64,000 nt of DNA from Bacteroidetes bacterium ADurb.Bin145 (GTDB taxonomy: Bacteria > Bacteroidota > Bacteroidia > Bacteroidales > VadinHA17), in NCBI GenBank assembly GCA_002070505.1, contig MWDJ01000001.1, positions 28,918 through 92,917 on the forward strand, in the 5' to 3' direction. Of the stretch, positions 10,543-19,753 are shown piece after piece. Within the stretch, counting starts at the first letter, position 1. Each line of letters begins with the position of its first letter. Below the pieces are notes generated by a model that worked only from the letters and a program-made list of their open reading frames with translations, did no database searches and had not been told where the DNA came from. A program made the translations under genes and the position numbers.

Positions 10543-12471
10543 ATGAATATCGAACCATACAGACAGATACTGATAAAATACTGGGGGTTCACATCTTTCA
10601 GACCTCTGCAGGAAGAGATCATTAAATCTGTTGCTGAAGGCAGGGATACTCTTGGACTTATGCCAACGGGAGGAGGAAAATCAATGACATTCCAGGTTCC
10701 TGCCCTCGCCAGGGATGGATTATGCCTCGTCATTACACCTCTCATAGCCTTGATGAAGGAACAGGTGGCTCGTCTTAACAGCCTTGAAATTAAATCATTG
10801 GCAATCCATTCCGGTATGTCACCGGAAGAAATTGATATAGTACTCGAGAACAGCATTTACGGTGATTATAAATTCCTCTACATCTCGCCGGAAAGGATAT
10901 CGACAAGGATATTTCAGGCCAGGGTTCAGAAAATGAATCTCAACCTCATAGCCGTTGACGAAGCTCACTGTATTTCGCAATGGGGGTATGATTTCAGACC
11001 TTCTTACCTGAAAATAGCTTTGCTGCGTGAACTTGTATCCGACAAGGTCCCTTTTCTTGCACTATCGGCTTCAGCGACACCCCAGGTTACAGAGGACATT
11101 ATGAACAAACTTCAGTTCAGAGAAAAGAATGTATTAAGGACCAGCTTTGAACGTAAGAACATTTCTTACCTGGTCAGAAAGGTAGAGGATAAAGGTTCTT
11201 ATCTTATTAAAACACTTAATAAGATTAGTGGGAGCGGGATAGTTTATGTTCGCAGCCGGAAACGATGTAAGGAAATAGCTGAACTGCTTGTGGCTAACGG
11301 CATCAGTTCCGATTTCTATCACGCTGGCCTTCCGGTTGAATTACGTGATAAGAAACAGCTTGCCTGGTCATCCGGAGATACCCGGGTTATTGTGGCAACA
11401 AATGCGTTCGGAATGGGTATTGACAAAGCCGATGTACGTTTTGTGATTCACTGGGAAATGCCTGATTGTATTGAGGAATACTTCCAGGAGAGCGGACGTG
11501 CAGGACGTGACAATAAACCCGCATTTGCAGTTCTTTTATATTCAGCATCCGATAAAGGCCGCCTTGAAGAATCTCTTAGAAAGAAATTTCCTCCGATTGA
11601 TAAGATCAAAGATGTTTATGAAGCTTTATGCAATTATCTACAGGTTCCCGAAGGAGCCGGAAAGGATAATGTTTTTGATTTCAGCATGCAGGATTTCCTC
11701 TCAAAATACCGGTTACCAGTTATAGAGACATTTAATAGTTTAAAGTTTCTGCAGAGGGAAGGATATGTCGAATTCACAGAGGAGATCAACAATCCTTCCA
11801 GGGTCCATTTCATTGTGGGACGTGACGACCTCTATAAATTCCAGGTAGCAAATGAAACGTTTGACAGCTTTATAAAGCTGCTGTTGAGATCTTACACGGG
11901 AATGTTTTCCGAATTTGTAGCGATAAATGAGGATATCCTTGCAAAAAAATCAGCACTGTCAAGGGATACCGTATATAAATTCCTTGTGAAACTCTCATCA
12001 CTGAACATCATAAAATATATCCCCGGAAAAAAGACCGCCCTGGTAATCTTCACGGAGGAGAGACTTGAGAGAAAATCCCTGATGATATCTCCGGAAAACT
12101 ACCTTCAGGTAAAGGAGAAGCAAATTATACGGTTGAATAAGATGATAGATTATGCAGATTTCAATACAAAATGCAGGTCAGTCGTCCTTCTCGATTACTT
12201 CGGCGAGGAATCTGACAGGTGCGGTATCTGCGATGTCTGCAGGGAAAGAAATGAACTGGATCTGAGCAAGTATGAATTTGATCTCATACTTGAGGAGATC
12301 AAGGATAAACTGTCAGAAAAAAAATATGATGCGCATGATCTGGTAGCCGGAATAAATCATCCGGAAGAGAAGGTAATTAAGATTATCAGATGGTTACTGG
12401 ATCACAATAAACTTGTTATGGACGATAATCATATGTTATCGTGGAAAGAACCGGATCTGTTCTCGAGATGA
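10543..12471 (+). CDS. recQ: RecQ-family ATP-dependent DNA helicase
   Basis: TGGGKS, DEAH box (VDEAHCISQWGYDFRPSY), and a C-terminal zinc cluster CRSVVLLDYFGEESDRCGICDVC. Confidence 0.9.
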   Translation: MNIEPYRQILIKYWGFTSFRPLQEEIIKSVAEGRDTLGLMPTGGGKSMTFQVPALARDGLCLVITPLIALMKEQVARLNSLEIKSLAIHSGMSPEEIDIVLENSIYGDYKFLYISPERISTRIFQARVQKMNLNLIAVDEAHCISQWGYDFRPSYLKIALLRELVSDKVPFLALSASATPQVTEDIMNKLQFREKNVLRTSFERKNISYLVRKVEDKGSYLIKTLNKISGSGIVYVRSRKRCKEIAELLVANGISSDFYHAGLPVELRDKKQLAWSSGDTRVIVATNAFGMGIDKADVRFVIHWEMPDCIEEYFQESGRAGRDNKPAFAVLLYSASDKGRLEESLRKKFPPIDKIKDVYEALCNYLQVPEGAGKDNVFDFSMQDFLSKYRLPVIETFNSLKFLQREGYVEFTEEINNPSRVHFIVGRDDLYKFQVANETFDSFIKLLLRSYTGMFSEFVAINEDILAKKSALSRDTVYKFLVKLSSLNIIKYIPGKKTALVIFTEERLERKSLMISPENYLQVKEKQIIRLNKMIDYADFNTKCRSVVLLDYFGEESDRCGICDVCRERNELDLSKYEFDLILEEIKDKLSEKKYDAHDLVAGINHPEEKVIKIIRWLLDHNKLVMDDNHMLSWKEPDLFSR

Positions 12472-12521
12472 CAGTATGAAGTGAATCAGTGAGCTGCTGT
12501 TAGAAGGGAATCCATTTATGA

Positions 12522-14666
12522 TCACGGGATTTTTTTCAATCCTTCCCATTTTACGTTCCAGGTTCCGTCCTGCGGGAATCCTGGTGCGTTTACTTCAGGC
12601 GATCCATCCCATCCTGCGCACATCATCGCAACAGCGGTAAGCAGTGCTCCGTTTCCGGGGAGATATATCTTCAGACTCTTATTCTGATAGTTATGACCAT
12701 TTGAAAGGAAAGTGTTTGTTTCAACATCCATGAAAAGAGCATCAATTGCTTTTTCAGGCAAACCAAGCCTGGCGGCCGTCATTGCAGTCATCGGGAAATC
12801 CCAGCCCCAGGTGTCATTCCATTGCCAGTGTTCCCATACGTAGCTGAAAGTTCTTTTCATTGCTTCAAAATCGATCATTCCGCTGTTGGGGAGTATACCA
12901 TAAATCCCGATGACAACCGGATGGTCGCTTAGGAAACGTGGATTTGTATATGAATCAGGGGCACTTTCAGCTGATAAATACAGTCCATCTTTCTGAGGCA
13001 GTGGAGAGAGTTTTTCAATAACCGCTTCCCATTCCGGCCGGGGGCCCAGTCTAAGTCTTTTTCTCCATTCGCATGCAGTTTTAAGGCCCCATTGCCAGTA
13101 GGCAAGCTCAAAGGGTGAATTCATAGTTGTTTCAGCAGGGAACCTCTCCTGTGCAGGTATCATCGGAGGGCCGAGTACATATCTGTCATTAAGCGAATCG
13201 TACCAGGCAAACGAGGCCATGAAATCAGCTGCCCCGAAAACAATATCGGAATATTTTTCCAGGAGCCTTATATCGTTGTTGTTCCGGTAACATAGCTCAG
13301 CCATGTAAATTATGTGGGGTTGCTGCCATATCAGGAAGGATCCCACGCTTGAAGGGCTGTCTTTTCCTGAAGGATCTGTCATCTTGGGCCATCTCAGGCC
13401 TTCAAACCCCTGCCTGCCGGCAGTCTCCCTTGCCTTTTCCTTTATATTGTTATAATAACCGAGACTTCTTTCAAGCAGATCTGTCCTGTTCCATAAAGCG
13501 AAATGGATGCCATGCCAGTAGTGCATCTCAAGATGAAATTTCCCATACCAGCTGTTAAATGTGAGTCCGGTTTCAGAGGGAGGATAGACACCCGCACACT
13601 GTATTCTTGTGAGATACTGTGAAAGGACAATCCTGCGTTCAAGCTCAGGGGCTCTCGGATCTGTGCTTCCTGAAAGATCAACTGCTCCTCCGCTCATCCA
13701 GAATTGCTGCCAGGATGATTTATTATTGACTGCTGTTGAATTGAAGTCAGGGATGTCGCCCGATTTATTATCAGGTGTGAAAAGACAGCTGAATGAGATC
13801 TGAGATGCTCCTTTAGCGGGCTGCAAATAATATATATGCGGTTCATTTTCGGAGATATTTGCCTTTCCTTTCCATCCTAATTTCATAAAATAAGAAGTAC
13901 CATCAATTATGCGCCTGATTGAAGCGGAAGTCCGACCCGGTGTCAGTTCTGATCTATGCTTATCTGGTTTTGTCCAGTCACATCCCGAATCTGTATGTTG
14001 TCCGGTAGGATAGGGGAATGAAATTCTGACACGAAGTAACCCTCTATTAATTAACGGGGATTTTATTCTTGCAGCTATGAGATCCATTCCCTGGTGACAA
14101 AAAGTTGTCACTTCAACAGGCACATTTCCTATCCTGAATTTACTGTGCAGCTCACCAGTCCAGGGATCAAGTACCTGATCTGTATAACTTATTTCATCAG
14201 CTTTTACAGGAGATCCGTCAGGATTAATTATATCAAGTCCAATCATTCCGAGATGCAGCCGGTGAGGATTCTGCCTCAGGTAGTTCACAGCTTCACTGTT
14301 TCGTCCGGGTGTGCGGATCTGAACAGAGAAAGGGACCTTACGGCCATAGTAGTCATAATCCTGAAGACTCTCCCCGAATTTAAAGCCTTCCGTATCAGGA
14401 AAACTGTGCCAACCCCATTCGGATTGTGTTCCGAGGGGAATGCCTTTCTCATATAATTCGGGGAAGGTCTGTAATCCGGTAATATCAGCAGTGAATGCAA
14501 ATCTCCCGTTTCCGACAGTGAGAGGATTTAAAATATCAATCGTGTCAATATGAACTATATGCTTGTTTACCAGGCTTTTGCGGTCTATATTTCCTGCCCG
14601 GGAACTGCATTGGGGAGCTATTGAGCAGAAAAGTGTCAGAACAATCAGAAGAAAACTGTATTTCAT
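12522..14666 (-). CDS. secreted glycoside-hydrolase-like protein, family not recognised (possibly an alpha/alpha-barrel type)
   Basis: 714 aa with a signal peptide and Trp/aromatic-rich motifs (WQQPHIIYMAE, HYWHGIHFALWN) typical of carbohydrate-active enzymes. I could not assign a confident family. Confidence 0.4.
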   Translation of the reverse strand: MKYSFLLIVLTLFCSIAPQCSSRAGNIDRKSLVNKHIVHIDTIDILNPLTVGNGRFAFTADITGLQTFPELYEKGIPLGTQSEWGWHSFPDTEGFKFGESLQDYDYYGRKVPFSVQIRTPGRNSEAVNYLRQNPHRLHLGMIGLDIINPDGSPVKADEISYTDQVLDPWTGELHSKFRIGNVPVEVTTFCHQGMDLIAARIKSPLINRGLLRVRISFPYPTGQHTDSGCDWTKPDKHRSELTPGRTSASIRRIIDGTSYFMKLGWKGKANISENEPHIYYLQPAKGASQISFSCLFTPDNKSGDIPDFNSTAVNNKSSWQQFWMSGGAVDLSGSTDPRAPELERRIVLSQYLTRIQCAGVYPPSETGLTFNSWYGKFHLEMHYWHGIHFALWNRTDLLERSLGYYNNIKEKARETAGRQGFEGLRWPKMTDPSGKDSPSSVGSFLIWQQPHIIYMAELCYRNNNDIRLLEKYSDIVFGAADFMASFAWYDSLNDRYVLGPPMIPAQERFPAETTMNSPFELAYWQWGLKTACEWRKRLRLGPRPEWEAVIEKLSPLPQKDGLYLSAESAPDSYTNPRFLSDHPVVIGIYGILPNSGMIDFEAMKRTFSYVWEHWQWNDTWGWDFPMTAMTAARLGLPEKAIDALFMDVETNTFLSNGHNYQNKSLKIYLPGNGALLTAVAMMCAGWDGSPEVNAPGFPQDGTWNVKWEGLKKIP

Positions 14667-14733
14667 GGTCTGATAATTTACATGATCGCATAAATATGAT
14701 CAGGTATCCGGGTCTTAATCAGATACAGATCAT

Positions 14734-17046
14734 TCATCGGTTTACCGCAGGTTTGGCAGGAGATTCAGGCAGCCCTATACGTTTCCAGTTACGTGTAATC
14801 TTTAATAACTCCTGCGGTACAGTTCCCTGGAGCCCCTGGATTACACCACGCCACTGGCCGTTCTGATCAATCCATAGGGCAAGATCAAGCCTTTCGTTAA
14901 GGTTAATTTCAATGTTACCACACCTGAAACTCTTCAGGCTGCCTGCAGCTATTGCTTCAGGATTACCGTTAAGGTCAAGTCTGACCGCAGCTATTCCTAT
15001 AGCGTCAAAACTTACTTTATTACCACCGATCTCAAATTCTTTCAGGATCGTATCGCCGCTTATATTATTTGTTCCGGCTACGTTTATCACTGTTCCGTCG
15101 ATCAGCCTTGATGATCCTGTAGTCGGAGGAAAGTATGAGATTGTATTGAATCCCCTCAGGGTAAAATACCTGCTGTCAAGAGTATCTCTCGCGGGTGTCT
15201 GCATAACAATCTTTCTTTCTTTCAGGACACTCATTATCTCAGGGAATGCTTCTTTATAGTCCTTTGCCGTTATCATTTCAGAAGGAAAAATATTATTACC
15301 CTCAATTATGTTGCCATCAAAGTCGCGGGTCCAGTTGCCTATCCTGAATAATGCTGTTTTACCTCCGGCCGCTCTAAGAAAGAATCCGGCTGTGGAGCTT
15401 TTCTCAAATTCAGGATTATAGAGCACTACTGCAGAATATTTCTGTTTTCCATAGCAAATCCACCCTTCATTATCCACTTTAAGGCTGCCGTTCTCTATTT
15501 CACTTGTTGGAATAAGATCGGCAGGGTATCCCGAAAACCAGAGAGTGTCGGCAAGTTTCATCCCTACGTCATTATGGTATGGTCCTGCCCAGTTAACAGC
15601 GGCAGCATGACCAAAAACAACAGCCACAGGGCAATCGAGTGGCGTTTTGCTTATATAGTTCAGCAGTCTGATCCTGTTCTCAGCCCGCATAAGATCCTTA
15701 TCATAAAGAGTCTGGAAACCAAGGTAATTAATTCTTCCTCCTGCCAGTGCCGAACTCCATACCTGAACAGGTAACTTCATCGTATAATACATATTATACC
15801 AGAGAGGGCTGTCCCACTTCTTGCTGAGAGCTGTTCTGGCAGCAAAGGGAACGATCTCGTCTGTCTGAGCCCAGTCTCTTTTTACACCCCACCAGTCAAG
15901 TCCATTCTTTTTAAACTCATTAAAATCGGGATAGGGCCACCATGTTGGATGGACAGTGACAGCAGCATCCTTTCCGAAGATCTCTTTAACGGCATCATAG
16001 AAACTGTTCTCAATCAGGATATTACGCTGTAATACCATTTCCATGAAGTTATTCACTGCAACCTGCCGCTCAGTCTCTTTTTTCTTCATAGGTCTCGCCA
16101 TAAGAAGGCAGTCTGAAAGCAGCTCCCTGCCACCGGTTTTCCGGGCATATTCTTCAGCACTGTGCTTTGAATACCAGAAATCGTAAGTATTTTCAGTATA
16201 GAACCTCGGGAAATATGGCGGGAATCCCCATTCATCTTTGCAAACTCCTGAGAGACGGGCATCTGAATACTGCTGAAGTATCTGCTTCTGGAATTCTATC
16301 AGATGCGGTCCAAAGATATCAGGGTAAAAAAGTGTGAATGAAACCATCGCGCAGGCATGCGGCTGATTCTTTCCTGCAGGGGGGATGATTATTCTCACTG
16401 AATCCTCTGAGATTATTTCAATCCTGCATTGTTGTGTTATATCCGACAGTGTTTTAGGTTCGATCCCAGCCGGACCGTTTTTATATGCATATACTCTCAG
16501 GACATTGTTTTTAACGGCGTTATACGGAGGTATTTTACCGCCGGCATAATGATCGTTGAGATTATCTATGCTTGCAATTATTGTTTCTGTTGATTTTTTC
16601 TTTTCAAGTTTTACTTCCTGTAATCTTAGCATCTCCTGAAGTTCATCAGGGTAGCTGCTTATGAACGCCCTTCTTGCCGATCGCAGATCAAGATCAGGAA
16701 CCAGCCCGATATTATGTTCAACGGCATAGTCAGCAGCCAGGACCATTTGCCTGTGTATTACTTCATCAACTACTTCCTTATCAGGAAACCTGAGGAAAGG
16801 TATCAGAAGATTGAACGGGGAATTCATGGATACCTGTTCAATTGTGCTTTTATATCCGCCAGGTTGCAATACCATGTCGTTCCATTGCCAGACACCGATA
16901 ATGGGCATGTTCTCTTCCGTAAGCTGATTCGGGATCTGAGGCTGGGGAGTAGATTTCTTAAAGACCGGAAACTCAATTTGTCCATGTGCCGGAGTGCAGG
17001 TCAGCAACATAAATCCCGCCGCTAAAACAAAAACCTGGTATCTCAT
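14734..17046 (-). CDS. large secreted hypothetical protein (possibly carbohydrate-active)
   Basis: 770 aa with a signal peptide ending AHGQ, co-directional with the preceding glycosidase-like gene. I recognise no motif. Confidence 0.35.
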   Translation of the reverse strand: MRYQVFVLAAGFMLLTCTPAHGQIEFPVFKKSTPQPQIPNQLTEENMPIIGVWQWNDMVLQPGGYKSTIEQVSMNSPFNLLIPFLRFPDKEVVDEVIHRQMVLAADYAVEHNIGLVPDLDLRSARRAFISSYPDELQEMLRLQEVKLEKKKSTETIIASIDNLNDHYAGGKIPPYNAVKNNVLRVYAYKNGPAGIEPKTLSDITQQCRIEIISEDSVRIIIPPAGKNQPHACAMVSFTLFYPDIFGPHLIEFQKQILQQYSDARLSGVCKDEWGFPPYFPRFYTENTYDFWYSKHSAEEYARKTGGRELLSDCLLMARPMKKKETERQVAVNNFMEMVLQRNILIENSFYDAVKEIFGKDAAVTVHPTWWPYPDFNEFKKNGLDWWGVKRDWAQTDEIVPFAARTALSKKWDSPLWYNMYYTMKLPVQVWSSALAGGRINYLGFQTLYDKDLMRAENRIRLLNYISKTPLDCPVAVVFGHAAAVNWAGPYHNDVGMKLADTLWFSGYPADLIPTSEIENGSLKVDNEGWICYGKQKYSAVVLYNPEFEKSSTAGFFLRAAGGKTALFRIGNWTRDFDGNIIEGNNIFPSEMITAKDYKEAFPEIMSVLKERKIVMQTPARDTLDSRYFTLRGFNTISYFPPTTGSSRLIDGTVINVAGTNNISGDTILKEFEIGGNKVSFDAIGIAAVRLDLNGNPEAIAAGSLKSFRCGNIEINLNERLDLALWIDQNGQWRGVIQGLQGTVPQELLKITRNWKRIGLPESPAKPAVNR

Positions 17047-17207
17047 ATTTATTATCTCTTTTCCGTCCTGTTAACGAAGAACCTCAATAAATGGGCATGA
17101 TCAGCAGAAAAGTAAATTTCTGTTTTCCGCGGTAAGATACCAATATTTTAATTTTTTTTTAATCGGAGTATGTTAAAATAATCTGTAATCCTTATCCGAT
17201 AAATACC

Positions 17208-17215
17208 TAATTTTG
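17208..17215 (+). promoter_or_regulatory. candidate -7 promoter box (TAATTTTG)
   Basis: Match to TAnnTTTG just upstream of the DUF5063 gene. This implies a very short leader, or use of the ATG at 17235. Confidence 0.3.
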
Positions 17216-17222
17216 CAAACAA

Positions 17223-17858
17223 ATGCAAAACAAGATGGCTAAGAAGTCAAATCCTGTTTATTCGAGGAATGTAGTTGAATTTGTGGCTGTTGCAAATGAG
17301 TTTTGTAAATATGCTGAGCGGGCAGCAGAAGTGAAAGGAGATGATCTCCTCAGGATTCTGCAACGTATTCTTCCACTGATGTATATCAAAGCTTCATTAC
17401 TTCCTTCCTTTGAACCATATTTTGAAGATGGCAATGAGAAGTTCGTTACGGAAACCGATTGGAACAGGATAAACGATACATTAAAGAAGAAGTTCGGGAA
17501 TGCCGATGATTTTCTGGAGCTTTTCGATGAAAAGTTCAATGAATCAGAAATTCCCGTACCTTCGAGCCTTGCTGAAAACATGGCTGATATCTATCAGGAC
17601 TTAAAAGATTTTCTGCTTCTCTATCAGACAGGCACAGAGGAAGTAATGAATGATGCAATATGGGAGTGCAAGATGAACTTTGAGAATATCTGGGGTCAGA
17701 AACTGGTTAATTCGATGAAAGCTATCCACAGATTCATCTATTCAGGCGAAGAAATTGATTTGACGGAAAAAGAAGAAAAGGAGAACAATGACAGGAGAAA
17801 TACATCAGAGTGGTTCATCTCAAAAAGACAAAAAGAGTTCAGAAACAATAAAGAATAG
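17223..17858 (+). CDS. DUF5063 domain protein
   Basis: NVVEFVAVANEFCKYAE... pattern, and the conserved Bacteroidota position directly upstream of a 3'-5' exonuclease gene. Confidence 0.65.
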   Translation: MQNKMAKKSNPVYSRNVVEFVAVANEFCKYAERAAEVKGDDLLRILQRILPLMYIKASLLPSFEPYFEDGNEKFVTETDWNRINDTLKKKFGNADDFLELFDEKFNESEIPVPSSLAENMADIYQDLKDFLLLYQTGTEEVMNDAIWECKMNFENIWGQKLVNSMKAIHRFIYSGEEIDLTEKEEKENNDRRNTSEWFISKRQKEFRNNKE

Positions 17859-18453
17859 CGGATACCAGAACAATATTTCGGCTGAAGAAATTCAGAATTA
17901 TGATCTCCACTGGTTCAAGGGCAGGATAGTTTTGGTTGACAACCTGGCTGCATTCAACAGTGTGATACCCGCTTTATTAAAGGAAAAATACCTTGGATTT
18001 GATACTGAGACCAAGCCTTCCTTCAGGAAAGGCCACAAAAACAAGGTCTCACTTATACAGTTTTCGACAGTTGACACAGCATATTTATTCAGGATCAATA
18101 AGATAGGATTCCCTGGTGACCTTTCCCGTATTCTGGCCGATGCCGGTATAACCAAGATAGGAGTGGCAGTTCGTGACGATATACGTTATCTCAGGACTTT
18201 GAAAAAATTCAACCCGGATGGTTTTGTGGATCTGCAGAATTATGTAAAGGAATTCGGAATTGAAAGTTCGGGGCTGAAGAAGCTGACTGCCATAATTCTT
18301 GGATTTCGTATTTCAAAGCGGCAGCAGGTGACCGACTGGGAAGCAAAGGAGCTTACCGAAGCCCAGCAGATCTATGCAGCAACCGACGCCTGGGTGTGCC
18401 GGGAAATTTATATGAAATTAAACAATAACGATACGGTTGCTGGCAGGAAGTAA
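17788..18453 (+). CDS. 3'-5' exonuclease (RNase D/DnaQ-like)
   Basis: Exo motifs LGFDTETKP, and YAATDAW near the C-terminus. The only canonical start in frame (17788) overlaps the upstream gene by 71 nt. Confidence 0.75.
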   Translation: MTGEIHQSGSSQKDKKSSETIKNSGYQNNISAEEIQNYDLHWFKGRIVLVDNLAAFNSVIPALLKEKYLGFDTETKPSFRKGHKNKVSLIQFSTVDTAYLFRINKIGFPGDLSRILADAGITKIGVAVRDDIRYLRTLKKFNPDGFVDLQNYVKEFGIESSGLKKLTAIILGFRISKRQQVTDWEAKELTEAQQIYAATDAWVCREIYMKLNNNDTVAGRK

Positions 18454-18469
18454 CCATAAAGGTATTCAT

Positions 18470-19651
18470 GTGGAACAAATAAAGATCATTCTCAAATCCG
18501 GTAAGGACCAGTCAGTCAGGAGGTATCACCCCTGGATATTCTCCGGTGCCATTAAAAAGATCTATGGATCACCGTCTGAAGGCGATATTGTGGATGTTTA
18601 TGACAATAAAGATTCATTTCTTGCTACCGGCCACTATCAGCCTGGTTCAATTGCGGTAAGGATCCTTTCATTCAAGAATGAAAAGATTGATTATGATTTT
18701 TTCATGGGACGGTTTAAAAAGGCATTTGAATACAGACAGTCTCTGGGACTGACAGATAATAATGACACTAATGTTTACAGGCTGGTCCATGCAGAGGGCG
18801 ATGGTTTACCGGGCCTTATAATAGATTTTTATAACGGCACGGCTGTAATGCAAATGCATTCAATTGGCATGTATAGGCTAAGAAATGAATTTACTGATAT
18901 ACTGAAAAACATCCTTGGAGAAAAACTTCAGGCAGTTTATGACAAGAGTGAAGATACACTTCCCTATATGGCGGGAATTAAGGGTACCAATGAATACCTG
19001 AGCGGCAGCCCAGAGGCCTCGACAGTTACAGAGAATGGATTTACTTTCAGGATTGACTGGATATCAGGACAAAAGACAGGTTTTTTTATTGATCAGAGAG
19101 AAAACAGGCTATTGCTTCAATCTTACACGGAGAAAAGAAGAGTTCTTAACCTGTTTGGATACACAGGCGGTTTTTCCGTTTATGCCATGAAAAATGCAAG
19201 CCTTGTACATACCGTTGATAGTTCCGGACCGGCTATTGATCTGGCTGATGAAAATGTAAGATTGAATTTCGGAGAGGACGACAGACACAAATCTTTCAGG
19301 AAAGATGCATTCGGGTTCATGGATGATATAAAGGATAAGTACGATGTAATCATTCTTGACCCGCCTGCATTTGCTAAACACAATAATGTGCTTGCTAATG
19401 CGCTTCAGGGATATAAAAGGCTGAATATCAAAGCCATAGAACAAGTTAGTCCTGGCGGAATTATTTTCACATTTTCCTGTTCCCAGGTTGTTACAAAGGA
19501 GAATTTCAGAAAATCGGTCTTTGCAGCAGCTGCCAATACCGGTCGCCAGGTAAGGATACTCCACCAGCTTAGCCAGCCTCCTGATCATCCTGTAAATATA
19601 TACCACCCGGAGGGGGAGTATCTGAAGGGGCTGGTGCTGTATGTTGAATGA
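18470..19651 (+). CDS. rlmI: class I SAM-dependent 23S rRNA (cytosine-C5) methyltransferase, RlmI-like
   Basis: PUA-like N-terminus (ILKSGKDQSVRRYHPWIFSGAI), MTase core VLNLFGYTGGFSVYA and IILDPPAF. I prefer the GTG at 18470 because it avoids overlap; the ORF-track start is TTG at 18437. Confidence 0.8.
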   Translation: MEQIKIILKSGKDQSVRRYHPWIFSGAIKKIYGSPSEGDIVDVYDNKDSFLATGHYQPGSIAVRILSFKNEKIDYDFFMGRFKKAFEYRQSLGLTDNNDTNVYRLVHAEGDGLPGLIIDFYNGTAVMQMHSIGMYRLRNEFTDILKNILGEKLQAVYDKSEDTLPYMAGIKGTNEYLSGSPEASTVTENGFTFRIDWISGQKTGFFIDQRENRLLLQSYTEKRRVLNLFGYTGGFSVYAMKNASLVHTVDSSGPAIDLADENVRLNFGEDDRHKSFRKDAFGFMDDIKDKYDVIILDPPAFAKHNNVLANALQGYKRLNIKAIEQVSPGGIIFTFSCSQVVTKENFRKSVFAAAANTGRQVRILHQLSQPPDHPVNIYHPEGEYLKGLVLYVE

Positions 19652-19735
19652 GAAGGTTGAAGAATTGAAGGGGTGATGAGGCATGAGGTAGACAAGGAGC
19701 AACGCGGAAAGGGGAGATAAAAAATGGTGAAAAAG
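19652..19735 (+). repeat. purine-rich degenerate octamer array
   Basis: Read in 8-nt register from 19656: GTTGAAGA ATTGAAGG GGTGATGA GGCATGAG GTAGACAA GGAGCAAC GCGGAAAG GGGAGATA. It starts immediately after the rlmI TGA and ends shortly before the tex ATG. Confidence 0.6.
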
Positions 19736-19753
19736 TAAAGAATTAATAATGCA

